Below, in pieces: positions 41,201 through 53,731 of a stretch of DNA of 64,000 nt. The translations under genes were made by a program, and so were the position numbers. How positions within the stretch are numbered: the stretch's first letter is position 1; every line of letters begins with the position of its first letter. Below the pieces are notes generated by a model that saw only the letters and a list, made by a program, of their open reading frames with translations, had not been told where the DNA came from and did not search any database. This DNA comes from Marsupella aquatica. Its lineage: Eukaryota; Plantae; Marchantiophyta. Location of the stretch: the NCBI GenBank assembly GCA_973895155.1, contig OZ316894.1:16538216-16602215 (forward strand), in the 5' to 3' direction.

Positions 41201-42572
41201 TTTTAATTTACTCAAGAAACATTCTAGTGCGCAAGCCTCCACGACACTTTTCGAGCATCACTGACAAGTCAAGTAAGATGAATGACCGAATCAATCAAGC
41301 GAATCACAATCAATAAATATTGGCACACATGAATGGCGTGTGCACACAGAGTACATAATGAATTGCACACTACAGAAAAATAACTGAATACACTCCCCCG
41401 ACTGAGTGACCGACAGTACAGCAAAAGCCTCGCCTACCTCTCCAATAGGTCCGTGCGGAGACCCGAGTCCAAAATCCCTGAATTGGAACAAAACAAATTC
41501 CTAAAGCTGATCTGACAACAATGGTTTTGGACGAAATCTTCCACTGGCATCGTAGGCAGAGCTGGTCGGTCACCATTTTCCCAAAAGAATTCCAAGCAAT
41601 TTTGCTTTTCATCGGTAAGTACTGTAGCTAACACAGAGAAGCAGGTGAGGTGAGAGACGAGTGCTGCTCCTGATCGATTGATGATCGATTGCACGAATTG
41701 TTATTCATTCTCGGGGAATAGAGAGTTCGCCGTCTCTTCCTTTCCTGACTCACACTCAAATATTCCCACCTGCTGCTATCTCCGACTTGAAGACGCTCAA
41801 TTGAGCCGGCCAGCCAGCTAGCGAGTAAGAGGAGCAGCTACGTCCCTAAACGAATGGCAACTTATGATTTCCACATGCCAGAACAAGCGAAGACAGGCCA
41901 AGCGAATCGTCCTTCGCTCTGCCGTGTTGTGTCGACCATAAGCTTCTTACTGGAAATTGATGATTCCCTCCTGGAGCGCCGCACCACACCATTCAAACCT
42001 TCCCTTAACGACGATAACATTTCTTCCTCGTTCGAGCTCCTCTACTCGGTCCAATAGACCAGTTCGAAGAGCCCACTCCACCCTCGTACCAACCAAAGCC
42101 AATTCGGCATAGTTCCCGAAAGGCTAAGCTGCTGCTAAGTCGTTTTCCAGGGAAGGACGAACACCCTACCCGTCTGAATGGTCAATGCGCACTTGGCCTA
42201 AATATCGCAGAAGATCATTTCTTTCATCCATCCTTCCTGTGCTTTGCTTGTGAATATCATTCATTTTCTACTACCCCGGCGAAGATGTTCCCAACCGTCC
42301 GCTGAAGAATCCCCTCCAGCGATGAAGAAGCCCGTCTGTAAACAAGCTGCAGAATGAATTCTCCCTCTCTCTGCCTTCCCTCGAGAACGATGCAAAGTGA
42401 TGGTGCCAGATGACAGTCAATAAAGCGCATACGACTCACCTGCATGAATGGATTGGCAAATGTGCGCGCGAAAGGGTCTGTCGGTCTTTTGCTGGATGAC
42501 TCGACCAAGAAGAGAAAACAGCTGAAGATGGTGAGTAGCAACCCAGGTGCAGTAGCTACGGCGAAACATGGG

Positions 42573-43586
42573 CTAAGGTGCGTGCCACTGCTCGACGCGC
42601 TGCTTAAGCCATGCTGTGATGTCTTTCACGAGGATGGCCACGTTCTCGTCCGTTTCGCCCTGCAGGAGAGAGTGCCGCATCCCTTTGTACAGCTTGAGCG
42701 ACTTGTCGGCGCTCTTAGCCGTCTCATAGAGGGCGATGCTCACGGCGGGTTCCGTCACCACATCCTGGTCACCATGGATGATGAGCACCGGGAGGCTCAC
42801 GTCCTGCAGACGACTCTCCAACACGGCCGTGACCCGAAGCAGCTCCGTCACAGTGCCGAGACGAGGCTTGCCGGCGTACCGTCCAGGATTGTTCCGCGCC
42901 AGCTCTCTCTTCCACGGATGCGTCACTGATTTGTCCACCAGATCATTGCTGGGAACAATGGCCCAGGTAGGGAAGACATACGCGAGCAGGATCAGAATTT
43001 GCGGCAGCGGCCACGGCGGTCTCATGCCGTCCGAGATTTTGCACATTGCCGCCGCGAGGATCGCTCCGTTCCACTCCTCGGGCTCTCGGAAGTGGATGAG
43101 CAAGCAGATGGCCCCGCCTAGCGACTCGCCATACAGGAATTTTTTCGGAACACCTCGGAACTCGTCCGTCTCCAGCACAGAGTGAAAGAACTCCAGGCAA
43201 TCCTGCGCGCAGCTATCCACATCCGGGATGTAGCCCTTCAGCCCCTCCGATTTGCCGTGGCCTTGCAGATCGGATGCCACCGCCACATACCCCATATCCG
43301 TGAACAGAAGCGCAGTGTTCTGGAACGTCCAGCTAATGTTGTTGCCATAGCCGTGCACCATACAGATGATCGCCTTCGGCTTCGGGTGATCTAGAGGCAC
43401 CCACACTTGAGTGAACAGCTTCACCCCTCTAGAAGACTTGAAGAAGCTCTGCCGATTCTCAACCCTCTTCACACGAAAGTACTCTTCCTCCGGCATATCT
43501 CCCCACGGAAACGCAGGAATGTGATCGGAGACCGGACTGCTCGCAGATAACACATTCGCCTCTTTTGACACCGCCAACTGGTCCAT
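42573..43586 (-). CDS. Alpha/beta hydrolase, monoacylglycerol lipase / caffeoyl-shikimate-esterase-like, single exon (337 aa)
   Basis: First ATG at 43586. WGDMPEEEYF, MVHGYG, GHGKSEG, nucleophile elbow GESLGG, KPRLGT, HGDQDVVT (Asp), GMRHSLL (His). From memory closer to Arabidopsis At1g11090/MAGL1 than to CSE itself. Confidence 0.93.
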   Translation of the reverse strand: MDQLAVSKEANVLSASSPVSDHIPAFPWGDMPEEEYFRVKRVENRQSFFKSSRGVKLFTQVWVPLDHPKPKAIICMVHGYGNNISWTFQNTALLFTDMGYVAVASDLQGHGKSEGLKGYIPDVDSCAQDCLEFFHSVLETDEFRGVPKKFLYGESLGGAICLLIHFREPEEWNGAILAAAMCKISDGMRPPWPLPQILILLAYVFPTWAIVPSNDLVDKSVTHPWKRELARNNPGRYAGKPRLGTVTELLRVTAVLESRLQDVSLPVLIIHGDQDVVTEPAVSIALYETAKSADKSLKLYKGMRHSLLQGETDENVAILVKDITAWLKQRVEQWHAP

Positions 43587-43903
43587 AGCTGCATGCTCCT
43601 CTAGCGATTCTGCTTCGCTCGCTCCGTCCGTCTCTCCAGCCAACAATTAATCAGTCAATTCAATTCAATCAATCAATCAATCCTCGTCAACATGGCTGAA
43701 AAGGAGGACAGACATTGCAATCAGAATTCCGGTCCCAATCCTCGAGCATCTAGCACCGATTCACGAACCCAACACCAGCCTTCGAAAGCTGACCTCGCAA
43801 AGCAAGAATCACAGGACTGATGAGCAAGAATCACCCAATTCAATTGTCGACATCACTGAGCTCACGTGACCTCTCGAAGGTGAGCCATTGGAGCTTAGTC
43901 GGC

Positions 43904-43911
43904 TATTTATA
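43904..43911 (-). promoter_or_regulatory. Putative TATA box of the hydrolase gene
   Basis: TATAAATA on the minus strand ~320 bp upstream of the ATG; a CACGTG G-box lies at 43863-43868. Confidence 0.45.
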
Positions 43912-43960
43912 TCAATGCACGAAGTGCAGTACTGTGGTAGCAGAGTACTGTACTGTAGTC

Positions 43961-45210
43961 CGGTTCCATGTGGCGCAGTTCGGTGACCCGTGTTCCATGT
44001 GGTGCAGTTCGAGACTTCGAGCGAATCTTCAGTTCCATTCAATTCTGGGTTATTATTACGAAGCAGAAGCGCGGATGGACCTCTCTGAGTTTGAATAAAT
44101 GCCCGGATAGACTCGCACAACCCGAACGGACCTCACTGAAACCCTCTTTTACACGCAGATGATACATGTTACACCACTGGGTTCCATGTGGCGCAGTTTG
44201 GTGAGCGAATCTTTACTGCTCCATTCAATTCTGGGCTATCCCCAAACAGAAGCGCGGATGGACCATTGAGTTTTCAGAACTGCCCAGATAGACTCGCACA
44301 ACCCAAACAGACCTCACTGAACCCTCTTTTACTCGCAGATGATACATATTACAGTACTCTTGAGATTATACCTGTTTACACTCGCACAACCCAAACGGAC
44401 CTCACTGAAACCCTCTTTTACTCGCAGATGATACATATTACAGTACTCTTGAGATTATCCGTGTTACACCATTGGGTTCAATGTGGCGCACTTTGATGAG
44501 CGAATACTTGCTGTTCCATCAATTTTGGGTTGTCACTAAAAAGAATCCAGGATGGACCTATGGGTTTTGCAAAAATTGGGATTTATTAGAATGTCACTCT
44601 TTTTTGGCATAATATATACATTGTCATTATTTTTTTCTATTTATCAAAATGTCCTTATTTTCATTTGTGTGTTAAGAAAACTAACCTGGGTTAGCTTCCT
44701 CACATCCAATGGCTCTCATTGCACCTAGTCCTATTATTAGACCGCCTGGGGTGTAATGACAGTTATTGGATGTGAAAGAGCTAACCTGAATTAATTCTCT
44801 TAACTCATAAACAAAAACAGTGGCATTGTGACAAATAGGAAAGAATCAGTGGCAAAGTATGTATTATGTCAAAAATGAGTGGCAATCTAGTGAATTTCAG
44901 TTTTGCAAAAATGACTCTTGCCCAACCTGAAAGGACCTCAGTGAACCCTCCTCTACTCAAAGATAATACGTGTTACACCTGCGGGTTCCATGTGTCACAG
45001 TTGGGTGAGCAAATACATAGTTCCATTCAATTCTGGGTTATCACAAAATAGAAGCATGGACGGACCTCTAGGATTTGCAAAAATGCCCTGATAGACTTGC
45101 ATAACTGAAACAGATCTCAGCAAACCCCTTACCCTCTTGTTTGTGCAGATAATACATTGGATACCACTATTTTCTTCAATAAAACATGTTACACCTCCAA
45201 GTTCCATGTA
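43961..45210. repeat. Degenerate tandem array (~220-bp unit, ~4 copies, with an internal ~70-bp duplication), interrupted by a MITE
   Basis: ggttccatgtggcgcagtt..ccattcaattctggg..ggatggacc..gactcgcacaaccc..acctcactgaa..cagatgataca at ~43961, 44179, 44474 and 44983. Confidence 0.88.
44578..44898. mobile_element. Foldback MITE, Mutator-like, with ~150-bp imperfect terminal inverted repeats
   Basis: 44578-~44727 pairs with ~44746-44898 (gtcactc..ttggcataata / tattatgtcaa..gagtggc; ggttagct..tcacatccaat / attggatgtga..agctaacc). Both sides carry gttttgcaaaaat (44564, 44900) and the element splits one array unit. Confidence 0.8.
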
Positions 45211-46958
45211 GCACAGCTCCAGAAAGTAATGCTCTGAGAGACCACTCTTATGAGCCTTGAAGCCCAGATGGACTAGCTGTTGACCAATTTTAGAAAAAGT
45301 TCTATCTAAGTACAAGAAAGGCTTCACTGTGAGCCATCTGGGTTGTGATGGTCCATTCACTAGCCAATGTCTGTGTGGCACTATTGTTGTCACAAAGATG
45401 CATCATTGTGACCATGATGTTGTTGGTGAGACAATACCCGGGTGTTGCACAGAAATGCTGAAATGAGGCAAAGAAGTGTAAGTGAGGCAAGGAGGTGTTC
45501 CCGTCATGGCTGCGTCGTCTGTCAATGATGTGGTGGTTGCCAACATTCGTTGTTTTGATCGGCTTGTTGTTGTGGTAATATTGTCATTTGGGTCCATACG
45601 GTTGTTGTGAAAGTGATGTGTTGAGCGAGGCGATGGCAAGGAATGCAAGATGGCAATGATAGGCAGGGATGCTGGGTCCAGGTGATCCCACAATGACATT
45701 TTTTTGGTTTACTTTTATTTTTCCCTTCCTCACCATCTCATTCTCTCCTTCCTATCCCAGCACCAGGGATCCCAGCACCAGGGAGGTCAAGGGTGTGGGG
45801 ATGCTCTATGTGGTTATGTGACTGTGATGAATAGATGCCACCCATGGTTTTTGGCTCACATTGGAGCACCATAGAAGTGTAAAATATGATCTTGGGCTGG
45901 AAAGCCGACCAATAGATGGTGCCATGCAATCAGAACAAGTATTATCTTCTGCATGTATTAATGACATACAGCTATTTTACTATATTACAAATATACGCTA
46001 ATACAGCAAAGAAATGCAATAGAATAAATTTCATAAAGCTGAGTTTTTATGGTACCTCCCAATAATTGAAACTTTAAGTGAAGTTGACAAGGTAAAAAAA
46101 TCCCTATGCTTCATAAAAGAAACTGAAGCTCCCATTTTTATAGTATTGAAGCTGGCAGTGCAGCAAAATGTATTCCGAGACACCTCAGGTAGAAACCGGC
46201 TGGGTCAAAGAATGAAAAACGGACCAAATGCAGCATTGCTGCCATTGTTTGTATAAAGGTTTTGGGCGTATGAAAAATGCATAAGGTGTTTTTCCTGGTT
46301 TGTATTGTTTTACTCTAGTTATGTTTACTGTTAATTGTTAAGTGATGCTGAAATAATCCATCAAGAGATGCCGAATAACATTTCTTGTTCTCAGATATCA
46401 CTAAAATGACCCTCAATAAACAACAAGCATTGGTTAGGGCTACAGATGATTTATTGCTTGTTATGGGAGAGTAGAGCTAGTGGAGGGGGGTCTGATCAAA
46501 CAACTAAAAATGATGGGACACACCATAAGAAGACTACTGTAGGGAGTTTCTCCGTCCAAGGGTTTTCCCTTGCTGAAGCCATCCTCCTAGTTGAGCGCAG
46601 CTGTTCGTTCTCCCACCAGTAAATCCCTTGCATATTTTTTCTTGTATTTATAGTGATAGTTATGAGACATTACCTTGCGGGTGAGCCAGTGAACCCATGT
46701 GCCAGCCTGGCCTGGGGATTCCCAAATTTGAATAAGAATAGGGGTAAGGCACAAATGACAAACAGTGACAGATGACAGTTTTGTAGTGTATTGATAACTC
46801 AATGAACTGTAACCTCCTTGGACTCAACACCCTTGGAAATTACATCCCATTACCTCAATGGGTTACCCTACACTTTCCTACCTCTCTCTCTCTCACCCCC
46901 TCCCCCCCCCCCCCAAACAACAACAAAACTAGAGAGTTCTGTTATCTTGTCATTGACC

Positions 46959-47025
46959 CGAGAGCTATGTGGATCCACTGTTTCATTTACAATGAGAGCT
47001 CTGTGGATCCACTGTTTCATTTACA
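46959..47025. repeat. 34-bp tandem duplication
   Basis: gagagct.tgtggatccactgtttcatttacaa x2. Confidence 0.85.
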
Positions 47026-47942
47026 AATTAGACTGACTAGACATTATTTTGCAACCCAAGATGGTCTGTTGTCCCTGAGCCTGGCGGGGCTTTAGGGTGG
47101 TGATGTGGCTCTTGCTTGATTAGTCCCCTGTGGCTGGTAGGGTTGTATGTCCCTTCATCAGGTGCTGGGTTTTGCCACACTCCTGGATTGCTTACAAACT
47201 TATGAGATGTGCTTTCTGAACAAATAAAAAGAAGAGTAAACCAAACCTGGTTGGGAAGAGGTGGGTGCTGAAATGCAGTGAGTTCTAGGTAGGTGCAAAA
47301 GCTAGGTTACAACCATCTTCTTACACTTATCAAACATTGCAATACATCAACCAAATTCCAGGTATTGCCAAGTGCAACCCTCATGACAAATTTGCACTTC
47401 TCAGAATCCTAGTAAGTGCAATATACTCTCACACTTATTTCTAACTGCAACCTAATGAGGAATGTGCACTTCTCAGAATCCGAGTAAGTGCAACATACAC
47501 TTGCACTAATAAATCCATACTTCAACTTCAATAGTAGAAGGACAACTCGAATGCTTATACTACCTGGTAACTGCAATTTCAATGCAATATTGCGCTGAGC
47601 AGTACTACTCAGTGTACTACTATTCAACTTCTGCACTTTATGAAGAATTGCACTTATCAGTACTTGCTAAAAATGTCTTATTTGCAGAAGGTTTTGCACT
47701 CATCAGATATCCAGGCTTCAATCCTGAGCTAATAATTTATGAGATAGTGTTGAAAGGTAAGGCAGCAGATCGGCAGGCTTCAAATTTTGTTGAGAGAGAC
47801 AGGATAGGGCCTCACCACTCAGTTGGGGCCTCTCCCTCTTCTAACTCACTTACCGCTGGTTGTCAACACTGCCCACACCACACAAGAACGTCTCTATCTG
47901 CCAAGAAGGTAGCACTTATATTTGCGTCCCATAGCTAGTTTC

Positions 47943-48091
47943 TGTCTTCTGGGATCCCACTAAGCTAATTTCTACTTTTCTGTATATACTAAAGTCAAGA
48001 AGAGCATTAACTAAATTGTGTCTTCTGGGATCCCACTAAGCTAATTTCTCCTTTTCTGTATAAACAAATCAAGAAGAGCATTAACTAAATT
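47943..48091. repeat. ~76-bp tandem duplication
   Basis: tgtcttctgggatcccactaagctaatttct...tcaagaagagcattaactaaatt x2. Confidence 0.9.
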
Positions 48092-48286
48092 ATTAATAGG
48101 ACATTTATGGATAGAATGGACACTCAAAATTTGCATAGGGTCATTATGAAATTTATCCTCTTCTTTTTCTACAGTTAAACTAACAAATAATTTAGAGCCT
48201 CAAGTGTACTAAGGTATTGTTACCAGAGCATAATGTCACCCAACTCAAAGCTCTCGTTTTCAGGGGCATTAGATCCCACTTTACTA

Positions 48287-48571
48287 TCTTACTATAAAAG
48301 TGTGAACTATAGCCTACTCTTAAGGGCCTAGGTCTAGAGTGAAGCTTCTAGACTTCAATGAAGACAAAATTGATAATGAGTCTCAATATGGACAAACTTA
48401 AAATGGGAATGGGCAAAAGTGATACTACTCTACATAAAGACAAAACTGAAATGAGGGTGGACACAAAATAAAAATGGGGCAAAGATCAACGTAAATACTA
48501 TAAAAATTTAATTGTGCAAGAGTCTTTCTCTTCATATTTATTTAAGTTCGAGTAACGGGTAATAGGGCTAC
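48287..48571 (+). mobile_element. Possible degenerate non-autonomous Helitron
   Basis: a|TCTTACTATAAAAG resembles plant Helitron 5' ends; acgggtaatagggCTAC|t resembles a decayed 3' end (CTAC rather than CTRR, hairpin eroded). Confidence 0.3.
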
Positions 48572-49283
48572 TACGCTATATATATATTCGTGCACTTATA
48601 TCGCGATTGCACTTTATCGAGGTTGCACTTATCGAGGTGTCGAAACAGCTCTCGAGTCGGGGTATTTCTGGTCGTTCAGGGAGAGAGCCAGAAAGGCTCC
48701 ATCTTTGCAATATCTGCTCTCGTCCAATGAGCCACTCATTCTTGAAATCCTCCAGAATTGCCTCTCTCTCCTCCTTCGGACAACGCCACACTGAATTCAG
48801 ATCGACCCACATGGCAACGCGGTCACATCTCTGTGTGCATAGCGAGATTTCCATTATCTCTTCTCCTCAGAATCCTTCAGACGACTCGGCCTCCCCACGC
48901 CATGCATAGCTGAGCTCTCAGTGCTTCAGCTCCAAATTCCTGTGCGATCATTCATACCCAGGTTCGTTGAACAGAGACACAACTTCTTTTTACGCCTTCT
49001 CAATCGAAGGCTGTTATGTTCTCTGACTCTTGAATGGAATGGCTTCTGCTTGTTTCCTTTTGATGTGTCCTCTTCTCATTGATCCAACCATCCGAGCTCG
49101 AAGGTGCTCTCCTTGATTCTGAGAGCCTCAAGCATCACCGATTCTTGTCCACTTCACTCCTCTTTACCACTGACGCTGAATTCTACTGCTGGGACTCACT
49201 TTGTTACTTCTCGATCGACCAGGGTCTCGGGCAGGGAGGGGGAAGTGACGAAACGAGCTGTGGTGCACTAGTCGGTCGATTGG

Positions 49284-51017
49284 ATGGCCATGGATTTGAT
49301 TAAGATGGTAACGCCTGGAGTGCCAAGGTGCGTAGCTGCCCTGTACACAGGCGCTGCAACAAGAGGAAAATTTCATGGACGACGTAGGGTAGAAGGAATT
49401 CAGCAATTGTCCTGGCTTGGACTTCAGGGAACGAAAACTTCGTGTGTCCAGCTATTTAGTCCGAGTGACCATGATCTACATAGTGGAGGTGGTGATTTGT
49501 TATCGAAGAAAGCATGGCGTGGGATAGTGGTGAAGGATAGTCAGGCATTTCGAAAGTCGAGTGTACGAGCAGCTGCTGCTAGTGCAGGTGGTGCGGAGGG
49601 AGCCGATGGCGAATATGATTATGACCTAGTGACTATAGGTGCGGGAAGTGGCGGAGTGAGGGCTTCTCGAATCGCTTCATCTTACGGAGCCAAGGTTGCA
49701 ATCTGCGAGCTCCCCTTTGCTGCAATTTCGTCCGACTCTGCAGGCGGTGTGGGAGGTACATGCGTGTTGCGAGGATGTGTTCCTAAGAAGATCCTTGTCT
49801 TCGGCTCGCATTATTCACATGCGTTTCAGGAGAGTAAGAATTTCGGGTGGTCATTTGAGTCCAGCCCTAAGCATGATTGGGGTACTCTAGTGGCCAACAA
49901 AAACAAGGAGCTCCAGCGTCTGCTGGGAGTGTACAAGAATATTTTGAGCTCCAATAATGTCACACTTATCGAGGGCCGAGGTAAGATCATGGATCCCCAT
50001 ACTGTCGAAATCAATGGGAAGAAATACAAAACCAAGCATATACTGGTTGCTGTTGGGGGACGAGCTACAGTGCCGGACCTACCTGGTAAAGAGCATGTTA
50101 TTACCTCTGACGAAGCTCTAGATTTACCAGCTAGACCTCAGAAAATATGTATCGTAGGGGGTGGATATATTGCCCTGGAGTTCGCTGGAATTTTCAACGG
50201 TCTAGGAAGCGAAGTTCATGTTTTTGTTAGGCAAGACAAAGTATTACGAGGTTTTGATGAAGAGATCAGGGATTTTCTGGGCCAGCAAATGGCCTCGAAA
50301 GGTGTAATTTTCCACTTCGGAGAATCTCCTACCGAAGTCGTTAAAACGGAAGATGGAAAGTTTAACCTGAAGACGACCAAAGGAGAAGAAGCTGCCGACG
50401 CTGTAATGTTTGCGACTGGTCGAAATCCGAACACCAAGAATCTGGGTTTGGAGGACGCAGGAGTGAAGTTGGATGGCAAAGGTGCGGTTGTGGTGGATGA
50501 ATACTCAAGGACAAGTGTAGACTCCATCTGGGCAGTAGGAGATGTTACTAACAGATTGAATTTGACACCGGTGGCAATCATGGAGGGAATGGCTTTTGCC
50601 AAGACTGCCTTTGCCAACGAACCTTCTAGACCAGAGCATGATTTTGTTCCATCTGCTGTCTTTACCGATCCTCCAATCGGAACTGTGGGTCTGACTGAAG
50701 CTGAGGCCCTGAAAGAATTCGGTGATGTGGATGTTTATACGTCAAATTTTCGGCCCATGAAAGCAACTATTTCAGGGCTAAGTGATCGGACGTTCATGAA
50801 AATTATCGTTGATGCGAGCACCGATAAAGTGGTGGGAGTGCACATGTGCGGGAGTGATGCTCCAGAGATATTGCAAGGTTTTGGTGTGGCCGTCAAAGCA
50901 GGCTTGACGAAGACTCAGTTTGATTCTACTGTAGGTATACATCCAACAGCTGCCGAAGAGCTGGTGACCATGAGGTCACCAAGCAGGAAACTACGCGAGA
51001 AGGGTTCGCATCACTAG
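49284..51017 (+). CDS. GR: Glutathione reductase, plastid/mitochondrial type, uninterrupted 577-aa ORF
   Basis: About 100-aa basic, Ser-rich presequence, then IGAGSGG (FAD), [13 protein letters not shown] (redox disulfide), VGGGYIALE with downstream Arg residues (NADPH), [14 protein letters not shown]. Confidence 0.97.
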   Translation: MAMDLIKMVTPGVPRCVAALYTGAATRGKFHGRRRVEGIQQLSWLGLQGTKTSCVQLFSPSDHDLHSGGGDLLSKKAWRGIVVKDSQAFRKSSVRAAAASAGGAEGADGEYDYDLVTIGAGSGGVRASRIASSYGAKVAICELPFAAISSDSAGGVGGTCVLRGCVPKKILVFGSHYSHAFQESKNFGWSFESSPKHDWGTLVANKNKELQRLLGVYKNILSSNNVTLIEGRGKIMDPHTVEINGKKYKTKHILVAVGGRATVPDLPGKEHVITSDEALDLPARPQKICIVGGGYIALEFAGIFNGLGSEVHVFVRQDKVLRGFDEEIRDFLGQQMASKGVIFHFGESPTEVVKTEDGKFNLKTTKGEEAADAVMFATGRNPNTKNLGLEDAGVKLDGKGAVVVDEYSRTSVDSIWAVGDVTNRLNLTPVAIMEGMAFAKTAFANEPSRPEHDFVPSAVFTDPPIGTVGLTEAEALKEFGDVDVYTSNFRPMKATISGLSDRTFMKIIVDASTDKVVGVHMCGSDAPEILQGFGVAVKAGLTKTQFDSTVGIHPTAAEELVTMRSPSRKLREKGSHH

Positions 51018-51919
51018 GTTTCCATATCGTAGCCAAATCATTGTTACCACCTGAACATTTATTGACAATCACTGGGAGCACCGATTTCTCTCGCTGCTCT
51101 ACAGACGCTGGGCATCAAGACTAGTGATTGTAGAGGTCAGTTTTTCGAGGAGGTGCTGCCTGGTGTAGATTTTCCCCTGTGTATGAGAATTGGTAGAGAA
51201 GAGAAGATAAGGTTCAACCAAGAAGCCATTGGTTAGAATGAACAGGATATGATACTTCATACCCCTTACTGGAGTGATAGCTTTCATATTAGAGATCGGA
51301 GTTTTGCCGTGCATGTCTTTAGCTTCATCAGCTAGATTCAGACAAACACAACGGGAAGTCATCCTCGACAACAATTGGAGGCGGAGTAGGCCAAATTGCG
51401 AAAGGAGATGGTCCGGAGGCTCCGAATCATGTCATCAGAGACCCTGTGCAACTGGGATGGCTGTTAGAGGTCCAATTGTGGCAGTCACAGCAGTCAAAGC
51501 TTTTGAATGGCCTACTGCTTCAATTTGTGATCGAGGAATCGAAAAAGTTCAGCTGAGTCGAGATAATTTATTTGAGTACATCCCTGAATTCTTGTCTAAG
51601 TTGAAATTCAAGGTTGGCACTGGCACATGATCAGAAAAAGCCAGTTTGGGATTCACAATAATGTTTTGAAGTTGTGTTTTCCAACTAGTGCATTGGCAGC
51701 TTCTTTGTTGCAGGTAGATGAGTTTTTGGAGTCTTCTTGCAATGTGATTAGGTATATTATGTTCGTTGTTAGGAAATTCTGGCTGGTGCCCCGTTGAGAA
51801 TGAAACCTCAAGTTTTCACTCTATCTAGTGGGTCTCCCTCGCATTAGTTTGAGTAATCTGCTTCTTTGGTTCTCCCAACTTCTGACCTGTTTGCCTCGAG
51901 CCATTTAATGGGGTTGCTC

Positions 51920-52440
51920 CCTCAAACTGGTCCAGGACTTGGACCATTTGAGTACTTTCTGGAAAGAAATCCTCAAACTGGTCCAGGACTTTACCATTTG
52001 AGAACTTTCTTAGAGTAATCTTTGGAAAGAAATTTGTCACTCAGTCTTTGCTCCTATGAGTGAGTGCAACCTTGAGAACTTTATAGTCTTCTTGGTTAAT
52101 GAGGATAAGTGACATGTCCAGGCAGAGGGGTGGGCCGATTTTGTGTGGGGAGAGTGACAGGTTGGGCAAGGAAAAGGTGCTCAGTGGCACTTTTAGATAT
52201 ATCTCATGGTTAGGATCTGTTGTCACCGTAATCCAGTGGCCAGAGAGGCTTCCCACCAGAATGACAGTTTGTAAACATACCATGAGAAAGAATGAACTGG
52301 ATTGCACATTGCAGTGTTTAAATACCCTTATAGTTTGTAAACATACCATGAGAGAGAAAGAACAGGATTGCAAATTATGGTGTTTAAATACCCTTGTATT
52401 TTGTAAACATACCATGAGAAGAACAAACAGGATGGCAAAT
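51920..52440. repeat. Local tandem duplications (~51 bp x2 at 51920-52010; ~70 bp x3 at 52266-52440)
   Basis: cctcaaactggtccaggactt x2; tttgtaaacataccatgaga x3. Confidence 0.85.
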
Positions 52441-53557
52441 TATATTGTTTCAATAACCTTGTCTGACCAGCAATCCCTCCCAAACTGAAGTGCATAATCT
52501 TGTACTTGAGGGATGGTGCCCACTAAAGAGGTGTCAAAATCTTCTAATTGAGGGATGATTTCCAACTGAAAAATGTGATCTCGAGGGACCTAATAAATTG
52601 GCTCTTGAGCAAGTCAATAACGTCAACCCAATTATTTCCAAAAATGGTTTGGCTCTGAAGAAATTTTGGATAAGCGCCAAAATGACATGCTGGACACTCT
52701 AGATGGTCCCCATTGCTTTTCTCTTGAATATTGTGGGTTCTTGACAAAGTACAGGGTACTTGCAGTTCATTGGGGTACTCACCCATACATGCCTTCAGCC
52801 ATTTGTGAGCAACTACTGTAGAATTTAACTAAGAGAGTTGTCATTTTTATTTGTTCCCTGTGTCTAGCAAACTGGAGCACCTTTCCAAAGGCTAGGGCAC
52901 TGAAAGTTGGGGCAACCATGGACCCTTCCATTCAATTTTCATTAACCTAACCTGCCAATGGGCTCATTTGACAAGCAGCTCGAGACATTCAAGCATGAGC
53001 TGGTTGGTTCCAGTCTGACCTGCCTAATCTCTTTTGCTTTTACTCCATTGTACTTTGTTTGGCCCTTCATTGAAAATTGGTCCTTTTCCTTTCTTTTGTG
53101 TGTTCACCATTGTACTTTCTTTTTCACCATAATACTTTCATTGGCCTTTTTCAGTAGACTGTTTGTTACTTTTCTGCAAACTAGTCAAAGTTACTAACCT
53201 GCCCCCAAAACTAATTTAATTATGAGGTTGCCACCATTTTGTGTGCGGGGTGGACTTAACCAGAATAGACTAACCTGAGATAGCACATTCTGAGAAAATG
53301 AGGGGCACCCAAACTCAGTATTTTCTCGTAGACAGTAGGCAGCACCCACATTTGGGTGAGTGTCCGATGGGGGAGCCTGGTCCAGGGTGAAGGTAGGGTT
53401 GGAGGGGGTTAGCATGGCCAAATCAGGAGCCTCCATGTCTCCACACAAACTAGCCATGTGCTACTTAGGTTTAGTAAGTAGTCTACTTATGCAACCCATA
53501 TATGAAATGGGGGCAACCTGATAACTAGATTTGTTTTGGGGCGCAGGTTTGTAATTT

Positions 53558-53731
53558 CAACCAGTTTAGTTTGGAGGATAGGATAGGAAAAAGGGCTTTA
53601 AGAATTGGTCCTTTTTTCTTGGCAGGGGTTACACACGCCAACCAGTTTAGTTTGGAGTATAGGATAGGAAAGGAAAGGAAAAAGGACTTTAAGAATTGGT
53701 CCTTTTTTCTTGGCAGGGGTTACACACGCCA
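53558..53731. repeat. ~82-90-bp tandem duplication
   Basis: aaccagtttagtttggag.ataggataggaaa...ctttaagaattggtcctttttt..cttggcaggggttacacacgcca x2. Confidence 0.9.

Noticed and set aside
41290-42560. Separate gene downstream of the hydrolase
   Set aside because: Only short ORFs without homology cues; more likely a long, perhaps spliced, 3' UTR.
42444-43394. Long plus-strand ORFs over the hydrolase (and antisense ORFs over GR, TRF-like and RabGAP exons)
   Set aside because: Antisense shadows of real coding sequence with no independent motifs.
49284-51017. Bacterial horizontal transfer or contamination as the source of the intronless GR
   Set aside because: It has an organellar presequence and plant-type motifs, and lies in continuous plant-like flanking DNA.
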